A DNA stretch of 52,246 nt from Clostridia bacterium. GTDB taxonomy: Bacteria > Bacillota > Clostridia > Christensenellales > UBA1242. A program made the position numbers and the translations under genes. The notes beneath the pieces were generated by a model. The model ran no database searches. It saw only the letters and a list, made by a program, of their open reading frames with translations, and was not told the origin of the DNA. Positions 1 through 8,218 of this stretch are shown here, one piece after another. Each line of letters starts with the position of its first letter. The first letter of the stretch is position 1. The stretch covers positions 1 through 52,246 of the forward strand of contig CAWVLM010000065.1 in NCBI GenBank assembly GCA_963930145.1, read 5' to 3'.

Positions 1-417
1 TATGTTTATACTGCTGGGTTTGCATACACACAATATTCAGGAGCGATAGCAGGCTATGCCACAAATACAACGATATCAAATTGTGCGGTAGAAATAGGTG
101 CGTACCCATTAGAAACATCAAATTCATCAACTTGCGGGGCAATAGTAGGCTACGGCACAAGCAGTGTAACGATAAAAGAATGTGCGGTATTTGAAGCTTC
201 AGCATTAACAGGCGATTTAAAATTATCAGGCGGCTCATCAAAAATTCAAAACTGCGTATATATTATGAATGGCAAGAAGGGCTACACAGGCACAGATTTT
301 AGCAATTTCACCTATATTCAAGGCATGTTAATACCATTGCCAAAGGGAATCTCATGGCTTGCACAAGGTGGCAGTCCAGCAACTCTTGCAATAATCCAAG
401 CTTGGGCAAAAAGCTAA
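1..417 (+). CDS. 3' end of an ORF truncated by the window edge; repeat-bearing, probably secreted or surface protein with GLUG-like repeats (G-x-I-[AV]-G-Y ... I-x-[NE]-C)
   Basis: Frame 1 is open from base 1 to TAA at 415-417. My translation reads ...YSGAIAGYATNTTISNCAVE...CGAIVGYGTSSVTIKECAVF...KIQNCVYI.... A hairpin terminator follows downstream. Confidence 0.5.
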   Translation, partial: YVYTAGFAYTQYSGAIAGYATNTTISNCAVEIGAYPLETSNSSTCGAIVGYGTSSVTIKECAVFEASALTGDLKLSGGSSKIQNCVYIMNGKKGYTGTDFSNFTYIQGMLIPLPKGISWLAQGGSPATLAIIQAWAKS

Positions 418-508
418 ATTCTTAAAAACAAACAGCATTAAAACACAATACAAACCAACATTAAAAAACATTAACACACAATATCATTAAAACACAACAA
501 CATAAAAC

Positions 509-546
509 AAAAATCCATATAGATTTTGCTCTATATGGATTTTTAA
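509..546. terminator. bidirectional intrinsic terminator between convergent genes
   Basis: AAATCCATATAG (511-522) pairs with CTATATGGATTT (531-542). A-run upstream and T-run downstream. Confidence 0.6.
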
Positions 547-550
547 ATGT

Positions 551-1732
551 CTATTCGTCAGCGTAGTTATTAAAATAGCCTGTTATCAAAACAATAGGGG
601 TACCCTTATCGCCACTACCACTTGTAAGGTCTGCAAGCGAGCCAAGCAGGTCAGTGTAGCGTCTTGGAGTAGTTCCAAGTGAAACATTTTGATTTTTAAG
701 GTCTTTATTCTTTTTAGTGATGATATCTTTTATTGCTTCTTCTGCAGCCCTGCCTTTAAGGTCGCCAATTTGGTTGTCAGCCACATACTTAAGTTTAATT
801 TCGTTTGGCGTTCCTGTAAGCCCACTAGTGAACGCAGGAGAAACAACAGGGTCAGCAAGCTCCCAAATGCCGCCAACAGGGTCTTTAAAAGCTCCATCTC
901 CATACACCATACATTCCATTTCAACGCCATTCACTTCGCGTAGCCTTTTTTGTAATTTTTTCACAAATGTTTTGGTATCTCGTGGGAAAAGTTTTAATTT
1001 TTCGTCTGTTGAAAGGTTAGAACCAAGCACGCCAAACTCTTCATTATAACCGCTTCCGTCAACTGAGTGATTGAGTATTTCGTCAAGTGTAATAACAGTT
1101 TTGGCGCCACGTTTTAAAAGCAAATCTTTGTTTCTGTGACGTGAGTGGATGTCTGCAGAAATAACCTTTTTTGTGTATTTTAAAATAGTTGTTGGGTCAT
1201 TTGATAGAATAATTTTGCAGTTTTCTCCACAAATTTTTTTATAAAAATCAATGTAATCAAGCCCAGTGAAAGGGTGTTCAATCTTTCCAACAAGTTTATA
1301 AAATTGTTTTTCAGTATAAGTTTTATTGAAATTTGTGATGCCAATTTCATATAATTTGTCTATTGTTACAAGTGGATTTCCAACTTCGTCAAAAGGGTAA
1401 GAAAGTTGAATAACCAAATTGTCACAGCCTCTTGCAATACCTTTTAGAATATTTGAAAAACGATTTCTTGAAAGTATAGGGAATATCACGCCAACAGTGC
1501 CGCTTCCCATTTTTGCACGCACGTCTTTTGCAATGTTGTCAACAGTGGCAAAATTCCCTTGACTTTTTGCAACCACAGCTTCAGTAACAGCTACAATATC
1601 TCTGTCTTTTAATTTAATTTTTCCTTCTTTAACAGCTCTCATAACGCTTTCGCATGTTATTTCAACAAGATCATCACCTGGGCGAATAATCGGTGCTTTA
1701 ATACCCCAGGAAATAGTACCTATATTTTTCAT
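551..1732 (-). CDS. F420-0:gamma-glutamyl ligase (CofE)-like family protein, long form
   Basis: 393-aa ORF. The N-terminus (APIIRPGDDLVEI ... IVAVTEAVVAKSQG) resembles the CofE-family fold as I recall it. No search was run. Confidence 0.5.
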   Translation of the reverse strand: MKNIGTISWGIKAPIIRPGDDLVEITCESVMRAVKEGKIKLKDRDIVAVTEAVVAKSQGNFATVDNIAKDVRAKMGSGTVGVIFPILSRNRFSNILKGIARGCDNLVIQLSYPFDEVGNPLVTIDKLYEIGITNFNKTYTEKQFYKLVGKIEHPFTGLDYIDFYKKICGENCKIILSNDPTTILKYTKKVISADIHSRHRNKDLLLKRGAKTVITLDEILNHSVDGSGYNEEFGVLGSNLSTDEKLKLFPRDTKTFVKKLQKRLREVNGVEMECMVYGDGAFKDPVGGIWELADPVVSPAFTSGLTGTPNEIKLKYVADNQIGDLKGRAAEEAIKDIITKKNKDLKNQNVSLGTTPRRYTDLLGSLADLTSGSGDKGTPIVLITGYFNNYADE

Positions 1733-1894
1733 AAAATCTCCTTATGAAAATATGATAGCATAAAAGAATTAAAAATAAAAATAAATTAATAAAATAAAAA
1801 TTTTATTTATAAAATAAATAAAAAGATATTGAAAAAAATAAATAATAATGTTATAATAAAACTAAGTTAATAAAGTAAATAAAAAGGAGTAATT

Positions 1895-2374
1895 ATGTGG
1901 CCATTTACAAGAAAGAAAAAAGATAAAATAAAAGAGAATAAAAAAGAAGAGCAAACCAAGCAAGAAAAGCAAGAAGCCATAAAAGAAACTGAGACAAAAG
2001 CCGCAAGACAAACAAAGCAAACACAACCAAAAACTGAAGAAAGGGCAGTTTCTGAAGAGCTAAAAACTGAGACAAAGAAAACATCACCAAAAACGAAAGA
2101 AGAACAAAAAGTTGAAGAAAAGGGGAAGAAAGTGGAAGAAAAAACTAAAAAATCAGTTTATAGAGTTGTTTTTGATAAAGAAGATAAGCTTTGGAAGATA
2201 AAGAAAGATGGTGCCGCAAGAGTTATTGACAGCAAGAAGACCAAAGAAGAAGCTCTTGCAAGAGTTCAAGAACTCAGCAAAAATCAAGATACAAAATTTG
2301 TTGTCTATAAAAAAGATGGAAAATTCCAAAAGAAAGCTAATTTAAAATTAAAAAATGATAGTGATAAAGAATAA
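1895..2374 (+). CDS. DUF2188-like small protein with a Lys/Glu-rich N-terminal extension
   Basis: RBS AAAGGAG lies upstream. The C-terminal part (YRVVFDKEDKLWKIKKDGAARVIDSKKTKEEALARVQELSKNQDTKFVVYKKDGKFQ) fits the DUF2188 pattern. The first ~85 aa are K/E/T low complexity. Confidence 0.55.
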   Translation: MWPFTRKKKDKIKENKKEEQTKQEKQEAIKETETKAARQTKQTQPKTEERAVSEELKTETKKTSPKTKEEQKVEEKGKKVEEKTKKSVYRVVFDKEDKLWKIKKDGAARVIDSKKTKEEALARVQELSKNQDTKFVVYKKDGKFQKKANLKLKNDSDKE

Positions 2375-2399
2375 ATTATATAAAAGATAAAAAAATAAG

Positions 2400-2424
2400 T
2401 CACAAGATTTATCTTGTGATTTTT
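2400..2424 (+). terminator. intrinsic terminator
   Basis: TCACAAGA (2400-2407) pairs with TCTTGTGA (2412-2419), followed by TTTTT. Confidence 0.6.
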
Positions 2425-2443
2425 CTAGCTAGTAAGGAGAATT

Positions 2444-3772
2444 ATGGAACAAAAAATTTTTAAAAGTAAAGATGGAATCACTGTGTTATATGAGTTTGTC
2501 CCTGACATAAAGGGCGTTGTTATTGAGTTGCATTTTGGGGCAGGAGCAAATAATGACCCCATCGGCAAAGCAGGGCTTGCACATTTTTGCGAACATGTTT
2601 TAATGGGTTTTTCAACTAAAAGGCATACAAGAGATGAGCGTACAGAACTTCGTAGAAAATATCAGTATTTTAATGCTTTCACATCTTTTTCAGAGATGAC
2701 CTTTGTCACAAGTGCCACAAACAAAGACATAGAAGCTGCATTGGACCTTTTGACAGACCCATTTGATAAAATTATATATTCACAAAAGCAGTTTGAATCG
2801 GAATTTAAAATCATTAGTGATGAAATAAGCACAAGACGTCTTACAAATAGCGGACTTTCGGCATTGATTTTAGATAAAAATCAAGCAAGAAACAAAGAGA
2901 TAAAAAATCATGAATATTCGCCAGCAGGTAGTCTTGAGAGCATAGCGAATATATCTTTAAATGACATCAAAAAATTTATTTATACATTTATAAATAAAGA
3001 AAATTTGACAATAAACATTGTCGGAAACATTGCACAAGAAGACGCAGAAAAGCTGATTGATAAGTATGTTTCATCAAGAGTAAAGCCATTTGGCAAAAAA
3101 GGCTTTTCACGCCTTGATAATTTGGGTGATAGGGGACCGCATTACTATTACTCAAAACCTTATGAAAATGGTAAAGGTTTAATAAGCCTAGATTATAAAA
3201 TTGAAAAACAAGAGAAAACAGCTTATTATGATAGACGCACTTCTGCCGTTAATGGTGTTGTATCAGGTTTACTTAATGAAGTTGCATACAATTTTTTTAG
3301 ACAAAAGCAAGAGCTTTGCTATAGTTGCTTTGCAAGAATATCACAATATATAGATACAACATATTTTTCATTTGGCGTGCAGTGTGCTGAGAAAAATATA
3401 GATAAGATATTGGATGTATATAACGAGTTTATTTCTTCAATTTTGGATGAAGTCACAGAAGAGCGTTTTGTCAATCGGATAAATAAAAGTATTAGTGGAA
3501 TAAAATTTGACCAACTTGGCATTTTTGACCAAGCTGATAAAAATTATAGTAATTATGATAGATTTGGGGACCTTTTAGGTTATCAAGAATACGATTATTA
3601 TGAAAAACTTTATAAATCAATAACCTATCAAGAAGTTGTTAGCAAATTAAAACTTATAGCAAACAAAAAACCCAATATTGTTATAATTACAGAAGATGAA
3701 AAATATCAAGATTTTGATTATAATGGTTATTGCAATAAAATTAAGTTAAAATTAAAAGAAAAAACGCATTAA
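2444..3772 (+). CDS. M16 (insulinase/pitrilysin) family zinc peptidase
   Basis: HxxEH motif (GLAHFCEHVLMG) near the N-terminus. 442 aa. RBS AAGGAG. Confidence 0.75.
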   Translation: MEQKIFKSKDGITVLYEFVPDIKGVVIELHFGAGANNDPIGKAGLAHFCEHVLMGFSTKRHTRDERTELRRKYQYFNAFTSFSEMTFVTSATNKDIEAALDLLTDPFDKIIYSQKQFESEFKIISDEISTRRLTNSGLSALILDKNQARNKEIKNHEYSPAGSLESIANISLNDIKKFIYTFINKENLTINIVGNIAQEDAEKLIDKYVSSRVKPFGKKGFSRLDNLGDRGPHYYYSKPYENGKGLISLDYKIEKQEKTAYYDRRTSAVNGVVSGLLNEVAYNFFRQKQELCYSCFARISQYIDTTYFSFGVQCAEKNIDKILDVYNEFISSILDEVTEERFVNRINKSISGIKFDQLGIFDQADKNYSNYDRFGDLLGYQEYDYYEKLYKSITYQEVVSKLKLIANKKPNIVIITEDEKYQDFDYNGYCNKIKLKLKEKTH

Positions 3773-3796
3773 ATTTGATTTTAATGCGTTTTTTGC
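3761..3796. terminator. bidirectional terminator shared by the M16 peptidase gene and tmk
   Basis: AAAACGCATTAA pairs with TTAATGCGTTTT, overlapping the stop codon. T-run follows. Confidence 0.6.
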
Positions 3797-3798
3797 TG

Positions 3799-4446
3799 TT
3801 ATTTTAAATAATTTCCTATTTTTTTCTTTAATACTGTGATTATTTCACTAAAAATCTCTTCTGGCGACTTGCATGCATCAAGCACATAAAATCTCTCTTT
3901 TTCTATTGATGAAATATAATCATAGCCCTTTGCCACCGCCTTATGAAAGGCTAAACCTTCTTGCTCTATTCTATCAAGCCCTTCACCCATCTTAGACTTT
4001 CTCTTAAAAGCTTCTTTTGGCGAGATTTTAAAATAAAAGGTTAAGTCCGGCTTGACATCTCCAATAATTTTTTTAGTCAAAGAAAGTATATCTCCGCTGC
4101 TCATAATTTTTCTTGCCATTCCTTGGTATGCAATTGTTGAATCATAAAACCTGTCTGCAATAACAACTTTCCCTTGCAATAGGGCAGGCTTTATGCATTT
4201 TTCAACATCTTCAACTCTTGCTGCACAGAAAAGTAAAAGTTCTGTCATAGGAAGCGGCTTATCAATTTCATAGTTTAAAATAAGCTTTCTTATCTCTTCC
4301 GTAAGCGGCGTTCCGCCTGGCTCTCTTACAAAAAGAAAATTATCTTTTTGAGTTAGAGTGGAAATATATTCTTTAAGTTTTTTGATTTGAGTGCTTTTCC
4401 CACACGCTTCTCCACCTTCAAATGATATAAAATATCCGTTGTCCAT
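3799..4446 (-). CDS. tmk: thymidylate kinase
   Basis: P-loop FISFEGGEACGKSTQ, DRF motif (VIADRFYDST), typical 215-aa length. Confidence 0.9.
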   Translation of the reverse strand: MDNGYFISFEGGEACGKSTQIKKLKEYISTLTQKDNFLFVREPGGTPLTEEIRKLILNYEIDKPLPMTELLLFCAARVEDVEKCIKPALLQGKVVIADRFYDSTIAYQGMARKIMSSGDILSLTKKIIGDVKPDLTFYFKISPKEAFKRKSKMGEGLDRIEQEGLAFHKAVAKGYDYISSIEKERFYVLDACKSPEEIFSEIITVLKKKIGNYLK

Positions 4447-4463
4447 TTTTTCTCCTTTGAAAA

Positions 4464-4553
4464 GGCGATTGAAAGTAAAATTTTAAAAATACTTTAAAAT
4501 TTTAAAAAAGCTTTGCTTTTTTCGCACGCCTTTTGCGTGCACTTTCAATCGCC
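4464..4553. repeat. four-way-junction (cloverleaf-like) palindromic element, copy I
   Basis: Perfect 13-bp closing stem GGCGATTGAAAGT (4464-4476) / ACTTTCAATCGCC (4541-4553). It encloses three hairpins: 4477-4503 (11 bp), 4504-4522 (8 bp) and 4524-4540 (6 bp). Confidence 0.6.
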
Positions 4554-4645
4554 ATTATCTCACGCTCCAATTTTCCCAAAATAAAGGTTTGGTTTCCCGC
4601 TCAAATATCTACTTTTCACGCTGATTTATTAAAAATTAACGTTTA

Positions 4646-5791
4646 TTAGTCCTCGCATCTGCAGTCATGATGTCCACAATGCCCATCACAATGCTCATCT
4701 ACGCAGAAATCAACGATTTCAATGTATTTGTTAAGACTATGTGCCTTATAGATATTTTCTGGCATTTGGTCGGTAGTGGTGTAGCCAGGTTCAGCAACAA
4801 GCACTTCAACAATGCGGTTTATAACAGTCGCACAAGTAAGCTCAGCGGTCGAAGGTCTTTCAATCACAACTCGAGTTGTAGGCTCGCCTTCAATTGTCCA
4901 GTCGTTGCAGTCGTAATCATTTGGACCATAGACCTTGCCAATGCATTCGCTGACTATGGTAGTGCCTTCTTTTGTCTCAGTCGTAACAACGGCACTAAGT
5001 CCCGAGCAATGTCCCTTAGGAATTGTCATGCCAAGAGTGTCAGAATGTAAATCTTCTTCTGCAATTTGTGGCACAGAACGCTGAGTTTGTTTTGTCACAT
5101 GAAGCCCAAGCTTAGCACAAAGCCAGCCGTTAACGTTCCACATATAACTTGGGGCGAACTTTCCCGCACTAATAAGTTTTTTAAGCTCTTCATCAGAAAT
5201 ATTTTCAGGGTCAGCGATTTGCTTTTTAAATTCTTCTTTTGTCAGTCCCGCACCGTGAACTTTAGCAAGGCTCACACCATAGTCTTCAACATTATAGCTT
5301 GACCTTCCTTTAATTTTTATAATCTTGTGTGTGGCTCCACCAATAACACTTATAAGGTTGCCCCAGAAAACGTCTTGGTAGCCGCTTCCGCATATTGTAC
5401 AGCCTGTTTCTTTTGCAAGTTTATCAAGTTTTTTTGCAAGTTTTGGGTTTGAATTTTGTGCGTAGAAGGCCTCTTCGCAGGTAGAAATAGCGTTTACGCC
5501 GTTTTTTGCACAAATTTCATAGATAGGGTAGTTTTCTGCAAAGACACTAGTTGTAGTGATAATTGCGATATCCACATCATGAGTCTTTAAAAATTCATCA
5601 AACTCACTTGCCTTTTGCACTTTAACATTTAATTTTTTGTCACTTTCAATAATTTCGGAAATGTCCTTTCCGATGACGTCAGGGTTGATATCAAAAGCAC
5701 CTACAATTTTAACACCTTTTTCAAGTGCATATTTCATAGTGAATTTGCTCATCTTTCCGCAGCCATATTGAACCATAGTAATTTTTCTCAT
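4646..5791 (-). CDS. NAD(P)-binding DapB-like / amine dehydrogenase (2,4-diaminopentanoate dehydrogenase-like) family oxidoreductase with a Cys/His-rich C-terminal tail
   Basis: Rossmann-type N-terminus MRKITMVQYGCGKMSK...IVGAFDINPDVIGKDI. The likely start is ATG at 5791, preceded by GGAGGT, rather than the ORF-track start at 5818. Confidence 0.5.
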   Translation of the reverse strand: MRKITMVQYGCGKMSKFTMKYALEKGVKIVGAFDINPDVIGKDISEIIESDKKLNVKVQKASEFDEFLKTHDVDIAIITTTSVFAENYPIYEICAKNGVNAISTCEEAFYAQNSNPKLAKKLDKLAKETGCTICGSGYQDVFWGNLISVIGGATHKIIKIKGRSSYNVEDYGVSLAKVHGAGLTKEEFKKQIADPENISDEELKKLISAGKFAPSYMWNVNGWLCAKLGLHVTKQTQRSVPQIAEEDLHSDTLGMTIPKGHCSGLSAVVTTETKEGTTIVSECIGKVYGPNDYDCNDWTIEGEPTTRVVIERPSTAELTCATVINRIVEVLVAEPGYTTTDQMPENIYKAHSLNKYIEIVDFCVDEHCDGHCGHHDCRCED

Positions 5792-5954
5792 ATTTTTACC
5801 TCCGATTTTAGTATACAAATTTTTAAAATTTTTACAAACAAATTTTAAACTATTTTTAAAATAAAAAAGTGACTAAATTGTTAAAAATAGCCACTTGTTA
5901 TAATTTTTTTTGATAAATAACATTGATAAATATGTTTTTATAATTTAAAAATTA

Positions 5955-7793
5955 TTACTCTTCCACTTTGTATTCAATAGGATGTTCTTGAAAATAGTTA
6001 TAGATTGTGCTTGCAAGGGCGGGCGATATTTCAGGCACTGTCTGCAAAAGCTCAACACTCGCTTTTGCAATTTCTTCACTTGTACCAAATGCTTTAAGCA
6101 GTGCGTCGCGTTTTTTAGGACCAACGCCAGGCACTTCGTCAAGAATAGACTTTGTCATTTTTGCCGTTCTGATATTTCTATGATAGGTGATTGCAAACCT
6201 GTGTGCTTCATCTCGAATACGCTGAATAAGCTTAAGTTCAACACTTCCTGGTTTTAAAAGCATAGGCTCAGAGCGATTTGGGAAGAATACCTCTTCTTGT
6301 TTCTTTGCAAGACCAATCATGTCAATTTTGTTTTCAAGCTCAAATTCTTGTAAAATTTCATAGCAGGAAGAGATTTGTCCTTTGCCACCATCAATAATAA
6401 TAAGGTCGGGTTTTTCTTTAAAGCTCTCACCATTTAGTTCAACAAGCCTTTTCAGCCTTCTTGTCAAAGCCTCTTTAAGCGAAGCAAAATCGTTTGAGCC
6501 TTTAACCGTCTTTATCTTAAATTTTCGATAATCTTTTTTGCTTGCTTCTCCATTTTTAAACACCACCATTGAACAAACCTTGTTTGTTCCGCTGATGTTT
6601 GAGATATCATAGCATTCCATACGCTCAGGCAGATTTTTTAGATGTAACTTCTCTTGCAAACTTTTTATAGCACCAATAGTATTGTTGTATTTAAGTTTTT
6701 CTTTTTCAATATATTTATTTAGATATTCTTTGGCATTTACAAGAGCCATATCAAGCAAATTTTTATTTATTCCGTGTGGATTTGTGATAATATTGACTTT
6801 TTTGTTGAAAAATTCATATAAAAGTTCTTTATCTTCAATGTTGTGCGATAAAATTATCTCGTTTGGCACAAGCAAATTTTGATAATACTGCACAATAAAG
6901 TTGAAGAGAGTTTGCCCTTCTTCAAGTTCTGCATCAAGACAAGGGTAGGATATAATACCAAGTATCTTTCCGCCACGCACAACCATATTTGTGATAACAC
7001 CGCTTAAGCCGTCAGTAAAGTAGGCAAAAACATCTTTGCTGACATCTTTAGGAAGATTTGCAACCACACGCTCTTTAAGTTTTGTTATCATTTTAAGTCT
7101 ATCGCGAAGAAGAATGGCATTTTCAAAATTTTCGTTTTCTGCTGCTTGCTGCATTTTTTTAGTTAAAATTTCTTCAATTTCTTCGTCATTTCCGTTTAAA
7201 AAGTTGATAACCCTGTCAATTTCCTTGCGATAGTCATCTTTTGAAATACGTTTTGTGCAGGGTGCAGAACAAAGACCAAGCGAGTAGTTCAAGCACTCAC
7301 GCTTCGCCATAGATGTTTCTGTGATTATAAGATTGCAAGTTCTAATTTTAAAAGCTGAATTGATGGTTTTAAGTATTTCTCTAGCATCAATTCCTGCAAA
7401 ATATGGACCAAAATATCTTGCCCCGTCTTTTTTGACTTTTCTCACAATTTCAAGCTTTGGAAAGGGGACTTTAATATCAATTTTGATATATGGGAATTGC
7501 TTGCCGTCCTTAAGAAGAATGTTATAAAAAGGTTGATATTTTTTGATTAGATTGCTCTCAAGTGCAAGAGCATCCATCTCACTCATAGTGATAAAATAGT
7601 CAAATATGTCAACATTATCAACCATTGCTTGAACTTTAGATGGCTTCGGTGAGTTTCTAAAATATTGGCTTACTCTGTTTTTAAGGTTTTTAGCCTTGCC
7701 CACATAAATAACATTGCCGTCTTTATCTCTCATTATATAGACGCCGGGCTGAGTAGTCAAAAGTTTCAACTTTTCGCGAATTTTATTATTCAT
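5955..7793 (-). CDS. uvrC: excinuclease ABC subunit C
   Basis: GIY-YIG N-terminus (GVYIMRDKDGNVIYVGKAKNLKNRVSQYF), UvrC-length 612 aa, C-terminal HhH region. Confidence 0.95.
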   Translation of the reverse strand: MNNKIREKLKLLTTQPGVYIMRDKDGNVIYVGKAKNLKNRVSQYFRNSPKPSKVQAMVDNVDIFDYFITMSEMDALALESNLIKKYQPFYNILLKDGKQFPYIKIDIKVPFPKLEIVRKVKKDGARYFGPYFAGIDAREILKTINSAFKIRTCNLIITETSMAKRECLNYSLGLCSAPCTKRISKDDYRKEIDRVINFLNGNDEEIEEILTKKMQQAAENENFENAILLRDRLKMITKLKERVVANLPKDVSKDVFAYFTDGLSGVITNMVVRGGKILGIISYPCLDAELEEGQTLFNFIVQYYQNLLVPNEIILSHNIEDKELLYEFFNKKVNIITNPHGINKNLLDMALVNAKEYLNKYIEKEKLKYNNTIGAIKSLQEKLHLKNLPERMECYDISNISGTNKVCSMVVFKNGEASKKDYRKFKIKTVKGSNDFASLKEALTRRLKRLVELNGESFKEKPDLIIIDGGKGQISSCYEILQEFELENKIDMIGLAKKQEEVFFPNRSEPMLLKPGSVELKLIQRIRDEAHRFAITYHRNIRTAKMTKSILDEVPGVGPKKRDALLKAFGTSEEIAKASVELLQTVPEISPALASTIYNYFQEHPIEYKVEE

Positions 7794-7979
7794 ATAGATA
7801 TTATAAACAAAAACTCCTTATTTTACAAGCAAAAGAGTTGCGAGCGATGGGTTTAATAAAAAATAAACTGTAAAGATAATTTAATATACAAATTTTTGTG
7901 TTAACTTTTATTTAAACCAAAAATTTTTCCAATCATGTAAAAAAAATTAAAAAATTTTTAAAAAATTTGTTAAAAATGC

Positions 7980-8010
7980 TTGACATGGGTTGCGGGGGGG
8001 GCGGTATACT
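7980..8010 (+). promoter_or_regulatory. sigma-A type promoter with a G8 tract in the spacer (P1)
   Basis: TTGACA 7980-7985 and TATACT 8005-8010. The 19-bp spacer contains GGGGGGGG at 7994-8001. An A/T-rich UP-like region lies upstream. The cassette is duplicated at 13676-13728. Confidence 0.6.
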
Positions 8011-8061
8011 AGTAGCGTAAAGATAGCCGCCATAGGCGGCTATCGCGAGCAGCTTATGCCG

Positions 8062-8153
8062 CGAGAGCGAATGTACAAACTCCAACGGAGTTTGTAAAAG
8101 GCTGACGCCTTTGGTAAATTTTTGCAGGGCAAAAATTTACACATTCGCTCTCG
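8062..8153 (+). repeat. four-way-junction (cloverleaf-like) palindromic element, copy II, in the 5' UTR of the 8219 gene
   Basis: Perfect 13-bp closing stem 8062-8074/8141-8153. Arms at 8075-8095 (9 bp), 8097-8112 (6 bp) and 8115-8139 (10 bp), with linkers of 0-2 nt. Confidence 0.6.
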
Positions 8154-8218
8154 GGCATAGGCCCGCTCGCCGAGTTAAAAAATTTTGGGGTTACCCCAGT
8201 AATAAAAGGAGAAAAATT

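Noticed and set aside
418-508. A/C-only low-complexity tract with loose CATTAAAACA-like repeats
   Set aside because: The repeats are imperfect and there is no structure or flanking feature. It is probably compositional drift in a 3' intergenic region, and I could not support any function.
8111-8218. Upstream TTG-initiated extension of the 8219 ORF (MVNFCRAKIY...)
   Set aside because: It overlaps the perfect nested hairpins of element II and has no RBS. A canonical RBS+ATG at 8219 gives a classical signal peptide that aligns with the paralog.
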